Below are positions 15,570 to 25,173 of a DNA stretch of 53,063 nucleotides, in pieces (position 1 is the first letter of the stretch; every line of letters begins with the position of its first letter). The position numbers and the translations under genes are program-made. Under the pieces are notes generated by a model, which did no database searches, was not told where the DNA came from, and worked only from the letters and a program-made list of their open reading frames with translations. This DNA comes from an uncultured Clostridia bacterium (lineage in GTDB: Bacteria > Bacillota > Clostridia > Christensenellales > UBA3700), in NCBI GenBank assembly GCA_947177795.1, contig CAMWVR010000004.1, forward strand, positions 1-53,063, given 5' to 3'.

Positions 15570-17360
15570 ATGAAAGAAATTAAGTCATACGAATTGAGAG
15601 AAAAATACCTTAAGTTTTTTGAGGAGAAAGGACACAAGATTATTCCGTCGGCGTCGTTGATACCCGAAAACGATCCGTCGGTGCTTTTTACGACGGCAGG
15701 TATGCACCCCCTCGTGCCGTATCTTTTGGGACAAAAGCACCCCGGCGGCAAGAGGCTTTGCGACGTGCAGAAGTGCGTGCGCACGGGAGATATAGACGAA
15801 GTGGGCGACGCTACGCACTGCACCTTTTTTGAGATGCTCGGTAACTGGTCGCTGGGAGATTATTTCAGAAAAGAGTCTATCAACTTTTCGTTTGAATTTT
15901 TGACCAAGGTATTGGAGATACCCGTGGAGAAGATAGCCGTCACGGTATTCGCAGGCGACGAGGACTGTCCGCGCGACGAAGAGGCGGCGGATACTTGGGC
16001 TAGTCTGGGGATACCAAGAGACAGGATATTCTATTTGCCTAAGGCAAACAATTGGTGGTACGCAGGCGCTACGGGTCCTTGCGGAAGCGACACGGAGATA
16101 TTTATAGACACGGGTAAAGAGGCTTGCGGCGATCATTGCGACCCAAGCTGCGATTGCGGAAAGTGGGTGGAGATCTGGAACAACGTGTTTATGGAATTCA
16201 ACCGCAACGCAGATGGTAAATTCGAAAAGCTCTCTCAACGCAACGTCGATACGGGCATGGGCTTGGAGCGCACCATTTGCATGCTCAACGGCTTTAAGTC
16301 GGTGTATGAGACTGACCTCTTTGCAGACGCTATCGCCAAGATAGGCGAACTTGCAGGTAAGAAGTACGGAGAGAATGAAGAAGACACGAGGGCAATGCGT
16401 ATAATTGCCGATCATATCCGTACGGCTACCTTCCTTCTCGGCGACGAGAGAGGCGTCGTTCCGTCCAACGTAGACCAAGGCTACGTATTGCGCAGACTTA
16501 TACGCAGAAGCGTGAGATTTGCCCGTCAATTGGGCATTGCTCCGCAAGATTTGGTAAGCATTGCAAAGCTTTACGTCGAGCAATACGAGAACGTATACGA
16601 AGAATTGAAGGTCAACAGCGGGAAGATATACGATGAACTCGAAAAGGAGATAGACAAGTTTTCCAAGACCTTGGAAGACGGCATCAAACAGCTTGACAAG
16701 GTGCTTCAATTCGTCAAGGGAGATACCCTCAACGGCAAGACGGCGTTCAGACTTTACGATACCTACGGTTTTCCAATCGAGATGACTGTGGAGATATGCA
16801 AAGAAAAAGGCTTTGGCGTGGATATAGAGGGATATAAACTTGCGCAGGAAGAGCATATCAAGAAGTCGCAGCAGGGCGCAGAACAGAAGTTCAAGGGCGG
16901 ACTTGCCGACAGCAGCGAGATGACGACTTATTTGCATACGGCAACGCACTTGTTGCTGGCAAGTCTGAAAAAGGTCCTTGGCGACGACGGCATTCAGCAA
17001 AAGGGCAGCAATATCACTCCCGAGAGATTGAGATTTGATTTCAACTTCCCGCGTCCGTTAACGGCGGAAGAAAAGCAAGCCGTCGAAGATGCGGTCAACG
17101 AGGCGATTGCAAGAGATATTCCCGTCGTGTGTATGGAAATGCCTATCGAGGAAGCAAGGGAGAAAAATGCAGTCGGCGTATTCGGCTCTCGCTACGGCGA
17201 AGTGGTCAAGGTATATCAAATAGGCGACGTGGATTTGCAGATATGCGGAGGGCCTCACGCTGAGCATACGGGACAGCTCGGTCACTTCACGATTGAGAAA
17301 GAACAGTCGTCTTCGGCGGGTATTCGCAGAATAAGAGCAACCGTACAACCAAAACAATAA
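15570..17360 (+). CDS. alaS: Alanine--tRNA ligase, unusually short form (596 aa)
   Basis: AlaRS catalytic motifs FEMLGNWSLGDYF and DTGMGLERT. Editing-core HxxxH (HTATHLL) and CGGPH. The protein ends just after GIRRIRA. Confidence 0.9.
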   Translation: MKEIKSYELREKYLKFFEEKGHKIIPSASLIPENDPSVLFTTAGMHPLVPYLLGQKHPGGKRLCDVQKCVRTGDIDEVGDATHCTFFEMLGNWSLGDYFRKESINFSFEFLTKVLEIPVEKIAVTVFAGDEDCPRDEEAADTWASLGIPRDRIFYLPKANNWWYAGATGPCGSDTEIFIDTGKEACGDHCDPSCDCGKWVEIWNNVFMEFNRNADGKFEKLSQRNVDTGMGLERTICMLNGFKSVYETDLFADAIAKIGELAGKKYGENEEDTRAMRIIADHIRTATFLLGDERGVVPSNVDQGYVLRRLIRRSVRFARQLGIAPQDLVSIAKLYVEQYENVYEELKVNSGKIYDELEKEIDKFSKTLEDGIKQLDKVLQFVKGDTLNGKTAFRLYDTYGFPIEMTVEICKEKGFGVDIEGYKLAQEEHIKKSQQGAEQKFKGGLADSSEMTTYLHTATHLLLASLKKVLGDDGIQQKGSNITPERLRFDFNFPRPLTAEEKQAVEDAVNEAIARDIPVVCMEMPIEEAREKNAVGVFGSRYGEVVKVYQIGDVDLQICGGPHAEHTGQLGHFTIEKEQSSSAGIRRIRATVQPKQ

Positions 17361-17371
17361 TTAAATTCAAT

Positions 17372-17397
17372 AAAGCCCGTGTTTGCGCGGGCTTTGT
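17372..17397 (+). terminator. Probable terminator after alaS
   Basis: aaagcccg-loop-cgggcttt, then gtct. The T-tract is weak. Confidence 0.6.
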
Positions 17398-17410
17398 CTA
17401 TAAGGAGCAT

Positions 17411-18190
17411 ATGGCAAGCAAGTTTCCCATTGTCCTGGTGTATGGAATATTCGTCAAAGAGATGAAATATTTCAAAGCATTCGGGAGCATAGAAAAAGTG
17501 TTGAAAAATGCCGGCTACGATGTCTATACGGCGCGTACCGACAGTTTTGGCACTGTGGAAAACAACGCTTTGCAATTGAAAGAGCAAATCGAGATTTTAC
17601 TTCAAAAGAGACGCGCGGAAAAAGTCAACGTAATCGCATATTCAAAAGGCGGACTTGACGCAAGATATTTGATAGAAAAACTCGATATGGAAAAATACGT
17701 TGCTTCGCTTACCACCATATCGGCTCCGCACAAAGGCACGAGACTTGCTACGAGATTTTATTCTTATCCCAAATGTATATTAAAGCCCTTTACCTTTTGT
17801 CTAAACGGTCTTTATAAGATTTTGGGAGATAAAAAGCCCAATTCTCTCGAAGTATTGAAAAGTCTTCAAGAAATTCCCGACGAGGAATACTCAAACGAGG
17901 TCGTATGCGCATCGGTATACTCTCAGAGTTATTCGTTGAGAATGGATAAATACGGCGACGATATACTCCTGGGAATACCCTTTGCTTTAATGAAAAAAAT
18001 CGACGGCAGTAAGTGCGACGGGGCAGTGACTCACGAGTCGTCCAAGTGGGGAGAATATAAAGGACATTGCACGGATACGCCTATGTCGCACCGCCAAATA
18101 ATAGACTTTTTGGTGGGCAAAAAGAAAAAACAAAAGATATATGAATTTTATCTTTCGCTTTGTCAAGACTTGGCAGATAGAGGTTTTTGA
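17411..18190 (+). CDS. Lipase/esterase-family alpha/beta hydrolase (paralog 1)
   Basis: 259 aa. Nucleophile-elbow-like AYSKGG. AAGGAG RBS. Clear paralog of the next gene. Confidence 0.75.
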   Translation: MASKFPIVLVYGIFVKEMKYFKAFGSIEKVLKNAGYDVYTARTDSFGTVENNALQLKEQIEILLQKRRAEKVNVIAYSKGGLDARYLIEKLDMEKYVASLTTISAPHKGTRLATRFYSYPKCILKPFTFCLNGLYKILGDKKPNSLEVLKSLQEIPDEEYSNEVVCASVYSQSYSLRMDKYGDDILLGIPFALMKKIDGSKCDGAVTHESSKWGEYKGHCTDTPMSHRQIIDFLVGKKKKQKIYEFYLSLCQDLADRGF

Positions 18191-18251
18191 CGCATAAAAA
18201 TAAACTTGCATTGACGTCTGTTAAATCAGACGCAACGAAAGGGAGAAAACT

Positions 18252-19031
18252 ATGAGCAAATATCCTATAGTGTTGGCGCACGGAATAGTAGTAAAAGACT
18301 TCAAATATTTTAAGGCTTTCGGTCAAATAGAAAAAGCCTTGAAAGATGCCGGTTACGTAGTTTATACATCCGATACCGACGGGTTTGGCACGATTGACGG
18401 CAACGCCCTGCAATTGAAAGAACAAATACAAAAAATACTGACCTTACACAATGTGGACAAGGTAAACATTATTGCGCATTCCAAGGGCGGACTCGACGCC
18501 AGATATATGATAGAGAGGCTGGATATGCAAGATAGCGTTGCGTCGCTTACGACGATTTGTTCGCCGCACAAGGGATCCAGACTTGCCACGAAGTTGTATT
18601 CTCTTCCAAAATGGCTGTTGAAATTCGTGGCGTTTTGGTTAAACTTTTGGTACAGGATTTTCGGCGATAAGAATCCCAACGCTCTCGAAGTGCTGAGACA
18701 ACTCAAAGAGATACCCGCAAGCGAGTATAATAACGCCGTGATTTGCAAATCCGTATACTCTCAAAGTTATTCGGCGATAATGAAACGCAGCCGAGACGAC
18801 TTTGTCTTGGGGGTTCCGCTCAGAATCATTCAAAACGTGGAAAAAAACAAACAATCCGACGGAGTCGTAAGCGTAGAATCGTCCAAGTGGGGCGAGTATA
18901 AGGGCAATTGCCTTGACGAATCGGTTTCGCATACTCAAATAATCGACTTCATGTCGAGTAAAAAGAAAAGACAAAAAGTGCATGACTTTTATCTTTCGAT
19001 ATGTCGGGATCTGACGGAGCGTGGATTTTAG
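18252..19031 (+). CDS. Lipase/esterase-family alpha/beta hydrolase (paralog 2)
   Basis: 259 aa. AHSKGG elbow. Colinear with 17411..18190 along its full length. Confidence 0.75.
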   Translation: MSKYPIVLAHGIVVKDFKYFKAFGQIEKALKDAGYVVYTSDTDGFGTIDGNALQLKEQIQKILTLHNVDKVNIIAHSKGGLDARYMIERLDMQDSVASLTTICSPHKGSRLATKLYSLPKWLLKFVAFWLNFWYRIFGDKNPNALEVLRQLKEIPASEYNNAVICKSVYSQSYSAIMKRSRDDFVLGVPLRIIQNVEKNKQSDGVVSVESSKWGEYKGNCLDESVSHTQIIDFMSSKKKRQKVHDFYLSICRDLTERGF

Positions 19032-19083
19032 GCGAGCCTTTTTTAAGTAACAGATAAAAGGGAAGAAGTAAGAAGAATTGATT

Positions 19084-19120
19084 AGATTTCTCCATTCCGC
19101 TACGCTACAGTCGAAATGAC
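19084..19120 (+). repeat. Hairpin repeat unit (37-nt class)
   Basis: agaTTTCtccattccgctacgctacagtcGAAAtgac. A partial gaaatgac copy lies at 19133-19140. Confidence 0.8.
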
Positions 19121-19218
19121 GTAAGAAAAAAAGAAATGACAGAACGATGTTGGTTTAAGAAATAATTATACAAAACAAGTGCTAATGTTGCAAGACTTTG
19201 CATAATTCGTCATCAAGT

Positions 19219-21498
19219 ATGCGGTATCGTGGAGATATGAAAGTCAACACGGCATTGAAGTACGTCAAAAGTTATATTTTGGTTGCGCTGCTTACGGTAT
19301 TATGCCAAAGAGCGCAGATCGTGGGCGACTATAGGGGCTACGCATTGCCTCTGCTGGTCGCTTTGTTTTATTGCAGATTCAGCGTGGGTGTGATTTGCCC
19401 TTGCTATCTTGCGATATGTCTTATATTCGACCATTCGCTCTTCGGTATTTTCTACGCCGTTGCGCCCGTGATAATTTTGCTGATTGCAAAGTATTTGCAT
19501 TATTTGTTTGCAAGACCTATGCGTCTCAAAGCGCTTATTTGCTATTGCGTGTTGTGTTTGCTCCCCCTTGCGGTGCTTGACTTCAAAATGACTGCGACGG
19601 TCGACTTCATAGTCTATCTCGTGTCGCAAGTCGTGGTGGCTATGCTTTTCTGCGTAATATGTTACGCCGTGTGCGTGCGAGGCATTGGCAGAAAGTTGAG
19701 CGTAGACGAAAGAGTGGGCGGATTCGTATTTTTGGCGGTCATTGCAAGCGGAGTCCATTCTCTCGATATATACGGCTTCAATATTTATTATCTTGCGTTG
19801 GGACTTGCTATACCTTATTTATTTCGCAACTTTTCTTTTTCTCAAGGCGTAGTCATTGCGGGGGCGATTGCAATAGGCGGTTGTCTTTCGGGCATCAATC
19901 TTGCAATGGCGGGCGCGATAATGCTGATTTTCTTTGCCGCTTACGTATTCGTCGTCAACAAGTGGGTGGCGTCTTTGGCGGCTGTGATGATACATATTAT
20001 ATGCGGGATCTATTTCAACGCTTTTAAGGGCGTGTATTGGCTCAACCTTATAGGATTTGCCGTAGGTATTCTTATCGTGACGGCATTGTCGGATAAGGTC
20101 ATGGCAAAACTGCCGTCGTTTAAATTCGGAGACGGCAGACAGAGCGCAAGAGAACTCGTCAACAGGACCAGGCGCGACCTTGCAGGTCGTCTGTCCACGG
20201 TGTCGGGAGTATTCGGCGAGATGTCGCAGGTGTATTCCCAAAACGTAGTGCGCTACGCTCCGCCGATGCAAGCCGCACCCTCGCTTGCCGAGGAGATAAT
20301 GCTCAAGACGTGCGGCAACTGTATCAACAGAGAATACTGTCAAGGTATGATGGGCATGGAATTGTCGCAGGCGCTTGAAGGCGTCGTGCGCACAGTGCTT
20401 ACTTCGGGCAAGGTCACGATAGAGGATCTGCCCACCGTCATATCGTCCAAGTGTATTCAGTTGCCCGCATTGCTTGCGACTTGCAATCAAACGGCGTTGT
20501 CTTATGACGTGAGATACAATTCGGGCAGGGAATTGGAAGTGGATCAAAATCTTATATCGTCTCAACTTATGGGCGTATGCGAATTTCTTTCCGAACTCGG
20601 AGAGGAAGTAAAAAGCGCTGTCAATATTGACGACAAACTCGACGAGAGAATAGTCGAGGAGTTGGGATATAACAATATCGTGTGCAGCGACGTTATGTCG
20701 ATCGTCAAAAACGGTAAGCATACGATATCCCTTATCGTCAGAGAAAGAGACAGAGAAAAGAAAGCGCTGTTGCAAGTGCTGTCTAAACTGACAAATACGC
20801 AAATGCAACTCAAGGAAGAGAAAAAAACTATCGACGGCAGATACTGCATGACGTTCGTCAATACGCCGAAATACAACGTAACTTACGCTACGGCGACTTG
20901 TACCAAACCCAATTCGCCTGCGTCTGGAGATACCTATACCGTGACAAAACTCAAGCACGATAAGGTGCTTATCGCCTTGTGCGACGGAATGGGCAGCGGC
21001 GTTGACGCGAGAGAGGGCAGTCAGCGGGCGCTCAATATGGTCAGCTCTTATTACAAGGCGGGGTTTGACAACGTCAATTCTTTAAAACTCGTCAACAGAT
21101 TGCTCTCCGTCATCTCCAAAGACAACTTCAACGCTCTGGATATGTGCGTCGTCGATCTTGAACTCGGCACTGCCGACTTTATTAAGCAGGGCGGCGTACA
21201 AAGCGTGATTAAGAGACTTGACAGCGTGCAGGTCATCGACAGCAAGGCGCTTCCGCTTGGCATTGTGGAAGAGGCGACTCCGCAAGTCAACCGTCAGCTT
21301 CTCTCCGTCGGGGAAATGGTGGTAATGTTCAGCGACGGAATTATGGATACGCTTACGCTTGCGGGTATCAAGCATATCGTCACTACGCTTGCGACGCTCA
21401 ATCCTCAGCAGATTTGCGACGAAATAATCAATCAAGCCAAAGCTATGGGATTGAAGGACGACTCCAGCGTGGTTGTATTCAGATTGAGTACGCAGTAA
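19219..21498 (+). CDS. spoIIE: Stage II sporulation protein E (multi-TM N-terminus plus PP2C-type phosphatase)
   Basis: About 10 hydrophobic helices, then a PP2C-like C-terminus (LCDGMGSG, MFSDGI). The start is ambiguous: TTG 19198, ATG 19219 or ATG 19237. Confidence 0.85.
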   Translation: MRYRGDMKVNTALKYVKSYILVALLTVLCQRAQIVGDYRGYALPLLVALFYCRFSVGVICPCYLAICLIFDHSLFGIFYAVAPVIILLIAKYLHYLFARPMRLKALICYCVLCLLPLAVLDFKMTATVDFIVYLVSQVVVAMLFCVICYAVCVRGIGRKLSVDERVGGFVFLAVIASGVHSLDIYGFNIYYLALGLAIPYLFRNFSFSQGVVIAGAIAIGGCLSGINLAMAGAIMLIFFAAYVFVVNKWVASLAAVMIHIICGIYFNAFKGVYWLNLIGFAVGILIVTALSDKVMAKLPSFKFGDGRQSARELVNRTRRDLAGRLSTVSGVFGEMSQVYSQNVVRYAPPMQAAPSLAEEIMLKTCGNCINREYCQGMMGMELSQALEGVVRTVLTSGKVTIEDLPTVISSKCIQLPALLATCNQTALSYDVRYNSGRELEVDQNLISSQLMGVCEFLSELGEEVKSAVNIDDKLDERIVEELGYNNIVCSDVMSIVKNGKHTISLIVRERDREKKALLQVLSKLTNTQMQLKEEKKTIDGRYCMTFVNTPKYNVTYATATCTKPNSPASGDTYTVTKLKHDKVLIALCDGMGSGVDAREGSQRALNMVSSYYKAGFDNVNSLKLVNRLLSVISKDNFNALDMCVVDLELGTADFIKQGGVQSVIKRLDSVQVIDSKALPLGIVEEATPQVNRQLLSVGEMVVMFSDGIMDTLTLAGIKHIVTTLATLNPQQICDEIINQAKAMGLKDDSSVVVFRLSTQ

Positions 21499-21501
21499 TT
21501 A

Positions 21502-22041
21502 TTAAATTACTTCTTTGATTTCTTCGACGTTGATTTGAGTTACGTTGGATAATTTTTCTTTGTCAAATTCCAATAAACACAAATGCATAGTCATAGCGGT
21601 TGCATAACCTTTGTTTCCTACTACTATTACCGATACGGTGACATTCAATGTGTTGTCAATGATTTCATAGCTTTTGATATCACTGTCTAAACCGAGGCAC
21701 GTTCTTACTCTGGAGATAATAACGAGGGATTTGTTATTGAAAAACTGTTCGTCGTAATCTTGAAATATTTCTAAAATTCTTTCGTTGAATATGTCAGATT
21801 CATTTTCTCCGTATATCGGGGAAGAGGTGTCTTCGTAAAATGCCGATAGGTCTTCTACAGATTTTATTATCGTCGCATAATCTATAAGACTTGCGCCATA
21901 TTCGTAATACTTAAATTCAAAATCTTTAGAACTTTTATCTACCAAAGGCGATTCACTGTCATTGCAGGAGCAAAGTGCGACAGATAAAGTCATTGCGACA
22001 ATCAATATTATAGTAACTAAAAAAATTTTTGAACTTCTCAT
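21502..22041 (-). CDS. Lipoprotein with a single copy of the domain duplicated in the 48165-53063 paralog array
   Basis: Signal peptide plus Cys (VALCSCND). Shares the motif series SVEDLSAF .. YDEQFFNNKSLVIISR .. YEIIDNTLNVTV .. LLEFDKEKLSNVTQINVEEI with the array proteins. Confidence 0.8.
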   Translation of the reverse strand: MRSSKIFLVTIILIVAMTLSVALCSCNDSESPLVDKSSKDFEFKYYEYGASLIDYATIIKSVEDLSAFYEDTSSPIYGENESDIFNERILEIFQDYDEQFFNNKSLVIISRVRTCLGLDSDIKSYEIIDNTLNVTVSVIVVGNKGYATAMTMHLCLLEFDKEKLSNVTQINVEEIKEVI

Positions 22042-22230
22042 AGTTTGCCATCCTTATATAATATTTGAATATTATTCGTCAATTACTACACACAATTAAT
22101 GAATTTGTATCGCTTATATTTTAATTATTTTTATTGATATGCTAAAACGCTGTCACAAAAGCCTTGACTTTTTGCATTTGGGATATATTATAAAAGTGTC
22201 TTCGCTCTTTCCCCTAAGAATGGAGAATAT

Positions 22231-23676
22231 ATGATTTTAAAGTACAAATATCACAGCGATTCGGGTCTGCTTGAGGCATATCGCAGCTATACGCTTGCTC
22301 AAAACAATTCGCTGTCCGACACGATAGTCATTACGTCGACGGCGTCGGACGCAGAGAGATATAATTATTGCCTTGAATTTATTTGTTACAACAGCAAAAG
22401 CATTCCTAAGGCGCAATACGTCTCGCCGATACTCAACTATAGCGGCGGTATTTCTTTTGCAATACCCAACAATCTCACGGAATTCAGAGGTCACGTAGAT
22501 ATGCAACTCACAGGCTACGACCCAGTCGACAACTCAATAGTATTCAAGAGCGTGAGCAAGAATTGCAAGGCGTTTGACGTAGAGGGCTCTCTTTGCGTAT
22601 TGGAAAAAGATCTCAACGACACTCCCAACGTCTTCACCGAAGTGCTCAAACAACTTGAAGATTTGCGTAATATCCGCCAGGATATAATTGAAGAGGCAAT
22701 GAAAAAGTTTAGCGCGCAGATACTGGATATGGTCGCAAAATTTAAGTGGTGCAAAGTTAAATTTTATGACAGGGGAAAACTTATTGAAGAGCAATGGGTT
22801 ACGGTAGGTTCAAAGCTGACGGAGCCGTCCTATACTTTGCCCGCTAACTGCGTCGTCGTGGGAGGCTGGTACAATCCCGCAACGGAAACAATGTGGGATA
22901 TGGACAACGACACGGCGCAGGATTCTATGGAATTGGCTCTAAACTATATGACGGACGACGTAGTAATATCCGACGGAATAGTCAGTTCTTTCGGGAGACA
23001 TACGCGCTCGCATATTTATCTTCCCGAGTATTACGAGGGACGTAAAGTAAATGCTATTATCTACGACAACTGTAACGTGCCTTATGAATCTAATCTTCAT
23101 TTTGGCAACAATATGGAGTATTTTGAAGGTATTCTTTCGCATCAAAACGTATTGGGAATTTATTTCCCGCAGAATAATCCGTACGTGGATAGTTTCAACG
23201 GATTTCTATATTCAAAAAGCCAAGATGATTTTACGTTGTATTATGCGCCGAAATTACATCAGAATGATACGATTGCCGTAATGGACGGATGTAGGGGTAT
23301 CTATAATTTTGCAATCAATTCAGCAAGAGGACTGAGCAGGCTCATTCTTCCCGACAGTTTGGAATATCTTTATGAGAAGTGTATCGTTAATACCGACATA
23401 CAAACGTTGAAGTTGCCGCCTAATATACGTTATATAGACCAGCGCGCCGTATTCAACAACTTCAGTCTAAAGGAGATAATTTTCGAAGGAGATATTTCAA
23501 GCCTCATTACTGACGAGACCTTTGTCAACGAGGATATAAAGGGCGTTGTTACGCGACCGAAACTTGTTGTTTATCCTCAGTATTACTCAAATTACAAGGC
23601 GAGAGGTCTTGCTTACGAGATAGAAGTAATAGGTCAAGAATATTTTGACGACAGATACGAGCCGAAGGGAGAATAG
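22231..23676 (+). CDS. Hypothetical protein with C-terminal BspA-type leucine-rich repeats; no signal peptide seen
   Basis: GGAG RBS. C-terminal LILPDSLEYLYEKCIVNTDIQTLKLPPNIRYIDQRAVFNNFSLKEIIF. Confidence 0.7.
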   Translation: MILKYKYHSDSGLLEAYRSYTLAQNNSLSDTIVITSTASDAERYNYCLEFICYNSKSIPKAQYVSPILNYSGGISFAIPNNLTEFRGHVDMQLTGYDPVDNSIVFKSVSKNCKAFDVEGSLCVLEKDLNDTPNVFTEVLKQLEDLRNIRQDIIEEAMKKFSAQILDMVAKFKWCKVKFYDRGKLIEEQWVTVGSKLTEPSYTLPANCVVVGGWYNPATETMWDMDNDTAQDSMELALNYMTDDVVISDGIVSSFGRHTRSHIYLPEYYEGRKVNAIIYDNCNVPYESNLHFGNNMEYFEGILSHQNVLGIYFPQNNPYVDSFNGFLYSKSQDDFTLYYAPKLHQNDTIAVMDGCRGIYNFAINSARGLSRLILPDSLEYLYEKCIVNTDIQTLKLPPNIRYIDQRAVFNNFSLKEIIFEGDISSLITDETFVNEDIKGVVTRPKLVVYPQYYSNYKARGLAYEIEVIGQEYFDDRYEPKGE

Positions 23677-23677
23677 T

Positions 23678-23977
23678 ATGCCGAGAGTAGCAAAACCCAA
23701 AATAGATATACCCAAAGACGTATTTTTTAAATATACGGTAAACGGCAGAGTGTTGGCAAAAGTCGTCGACGGCAGGTTGCTTTGCGCTCATAGAGTGACG
23801 ACCAACACAAAAGCAGGCATTGACTCCTGGCAGGAGTTTGCCTCGATAGAAGAGGCTTCCAAAAGTCTCGGCGTACCGCCGCCAAAAAATTTCGGCTGTC
23901 CGATAATCGACGCAGAACATCCGCGCATAGATTGGAGTACGTATAGGGGAGGATATTATATACCCAAGAAAGTGTGA
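23678..23977 (+). CDS. Hypothetical small protein (99 aa)
   Basis: ATG at 23678 lies 1 nt after the upstream stop and is preceded by GGGAG. The track ORF 23645..23977 has an unsupported N-terminal extension. Confidence 0.55.
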   Translation: MPRVAKPKIDIPKDVFFKYTVNGRVLAKVVDGRLLCAHRVTTNTKAGIDSWQEFASIEEASKSLGVPPPKNFGCPIIDAEHPRIDWSTYRGGYYIPKKV

Positions 23978-23994
23978 GTAAGAGGAGTTATATT

Positions 23995-24030
23995 AAAAAG
24001 GTGTGTACGATATTGTACACACCTTTTTTT
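23995..24030. terminator. Bidirectional-type rho-independent terminator
   Basis: aaaaaggtgtgtac-gatatt-gtacacaccttttt gives a 14-bp stem with an A-tract on one side and a T-tract on the other. Confidence 0.85.
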
Positions 24031-24053
24031 AGTTGCGGATAATAATTTGCATT

Positions 24054-24276
24054 AGATTCTTCGACTGCGTTGCACTCCGCTCAGAATGACTCGTTTAAAG
24101 CGAGAGTTAAGCCTTGAATGCGTCACTCTGAGCGTGGCGTATGGCGGAGTCGAAGAGTCTATTCTATGTTACCTCGACCGCAGTGGAGAGGTCTCTATCC
24201 GTATTAGATTTCTCCGTACGGTAGCAAGCGTCAGAGTCTAAATTGATTGAGATTTCTCGACTTCGCTCGAAATGAC
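24054..24276. repeat. Cluster of five hairpin repeat units
   Basis: Units: 24054-24090 (TTCT/AGAA, forward), 24122-24160 (reverse, CTCT/AGAG), 24168-24194 (reverse, CCTC/GAGG), a degenerate unit at 24206-24238, and 24250-24276 (TTTC/GAAA). Confidence 0.8.
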
Positions 24277-24306
24277 ATTGTAATAGTTGATTGAGGGAAC
24301 AATACG

Positions 24307-25170
24307 TCAGATCACTACGAAGTTTCCCGGTGTGATAAAGATAAAGCTGATGATTGCGAGTAGGACTACTACGACGACTTGGTGCAGGGCGTAGACCCAT
24401 ATTGCTATCTTGCCCCAGAATGCAAAAGGCTTGTACCAATCGTATTTGCCAAGGTGCGGCAGCAGAGATTTTTTCTTGGGATAAATCAACACCCCAAGCG
24501 CGGCGCCCAACATCATATATCCCGTGGTGGGGAATATCGGATAATAGTCGCCCGAGTAGAACTCGCGGCGATTGCCGAGCATAAATTTGCCGATAAAAAA
24601 CAAGCTGTTGTCATCGGCAAAGGCTTGAGGATTGTCCGCATAGGTCGCCATAAAGCCTGTGTTCATGGCTATTATCATTATGCCGACGAACATACATACG
24701 CCTGCCGTGATCATTTTGTTGTGACAGCAAAGAGTGTCTATCAGCCACCAAAGCAGTATGGAAAAAGCAAACATGTGCAGTATGCCGAACTTTATATCAG
24801 CGTCCATAAAATAAGACACTATCGTGATTATTCCTGCGATAATGCACGCTTGTACGCCTCTTTTGAGATTACTGCGTGAAAAAGAGCAGGATATACCGCA
24901 CAGTAGGGCAAATATCCACACGACTATATTTTGGGTGGTGGAGCGCAATAGGGAACTGTTTATATATTCTTGCGCGAGATGCACGATCTGAATTACGCTC
25001 TCCTTGCCCGTGGCTATCCACGCCTTGTCAAACAGGTCGGCGATATCGTACATAAAGTGGTCAAAGACCATCAACAAAACGCAAACTCCCCGCAAAAAAT
25101 CCAACTCCCAAATTCTTTGGGAAGACTTAGGTTCAAGTCTATTGGATCTTTTGAGGAGAGCGCTCTTCAT
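24307..25170 (-). CDS. DUF1624/heparan-alpha-glucosaminide N-acetyltransferase-like membrane protein
   Basis: Polytopic membrane protein. N-terminal ELDFLRGVCVLLMVFDHF motif. Starts 3 nt after the serS stop. Confidence 0.7.
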   Translation of the reverse strand: MKSALLKRSNRLEPKSSQRIWELDFLRGVCVLLMVFDHFMYDIADLFDKAWIATGKESVIQIVHLAQEYINSSLLRSTTQNIVVWIFALLCGISCSFSRSNLKRGVQACIIAGIITIVSYFMDADIKFGILHMFAFSILLWWLIDTLCCHNKMITAGVCMFVGIMIIAMNTGFMATYADNPQAFADDNSLFFIGKFMLGNRREFYSGDYYPIFPTTGYMMLGAALGVLIYPKKKSLLPHLGKYDWYKPFAFWGKIAIWVYALHQVVVVVLLAIISFIFITPGNFVVI

Positions 25171-25173
25171 AAA

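Noticed and set aside
24054-24276. Could the clustered short repeats (also 33589-33903 and 44274-44422) be a CRISPR array?
   Set aside because: The units differ in sequence, occur in both orientations, have two lengths and have irregular spacing. No cas genes are present. This is not CRISPR-like.
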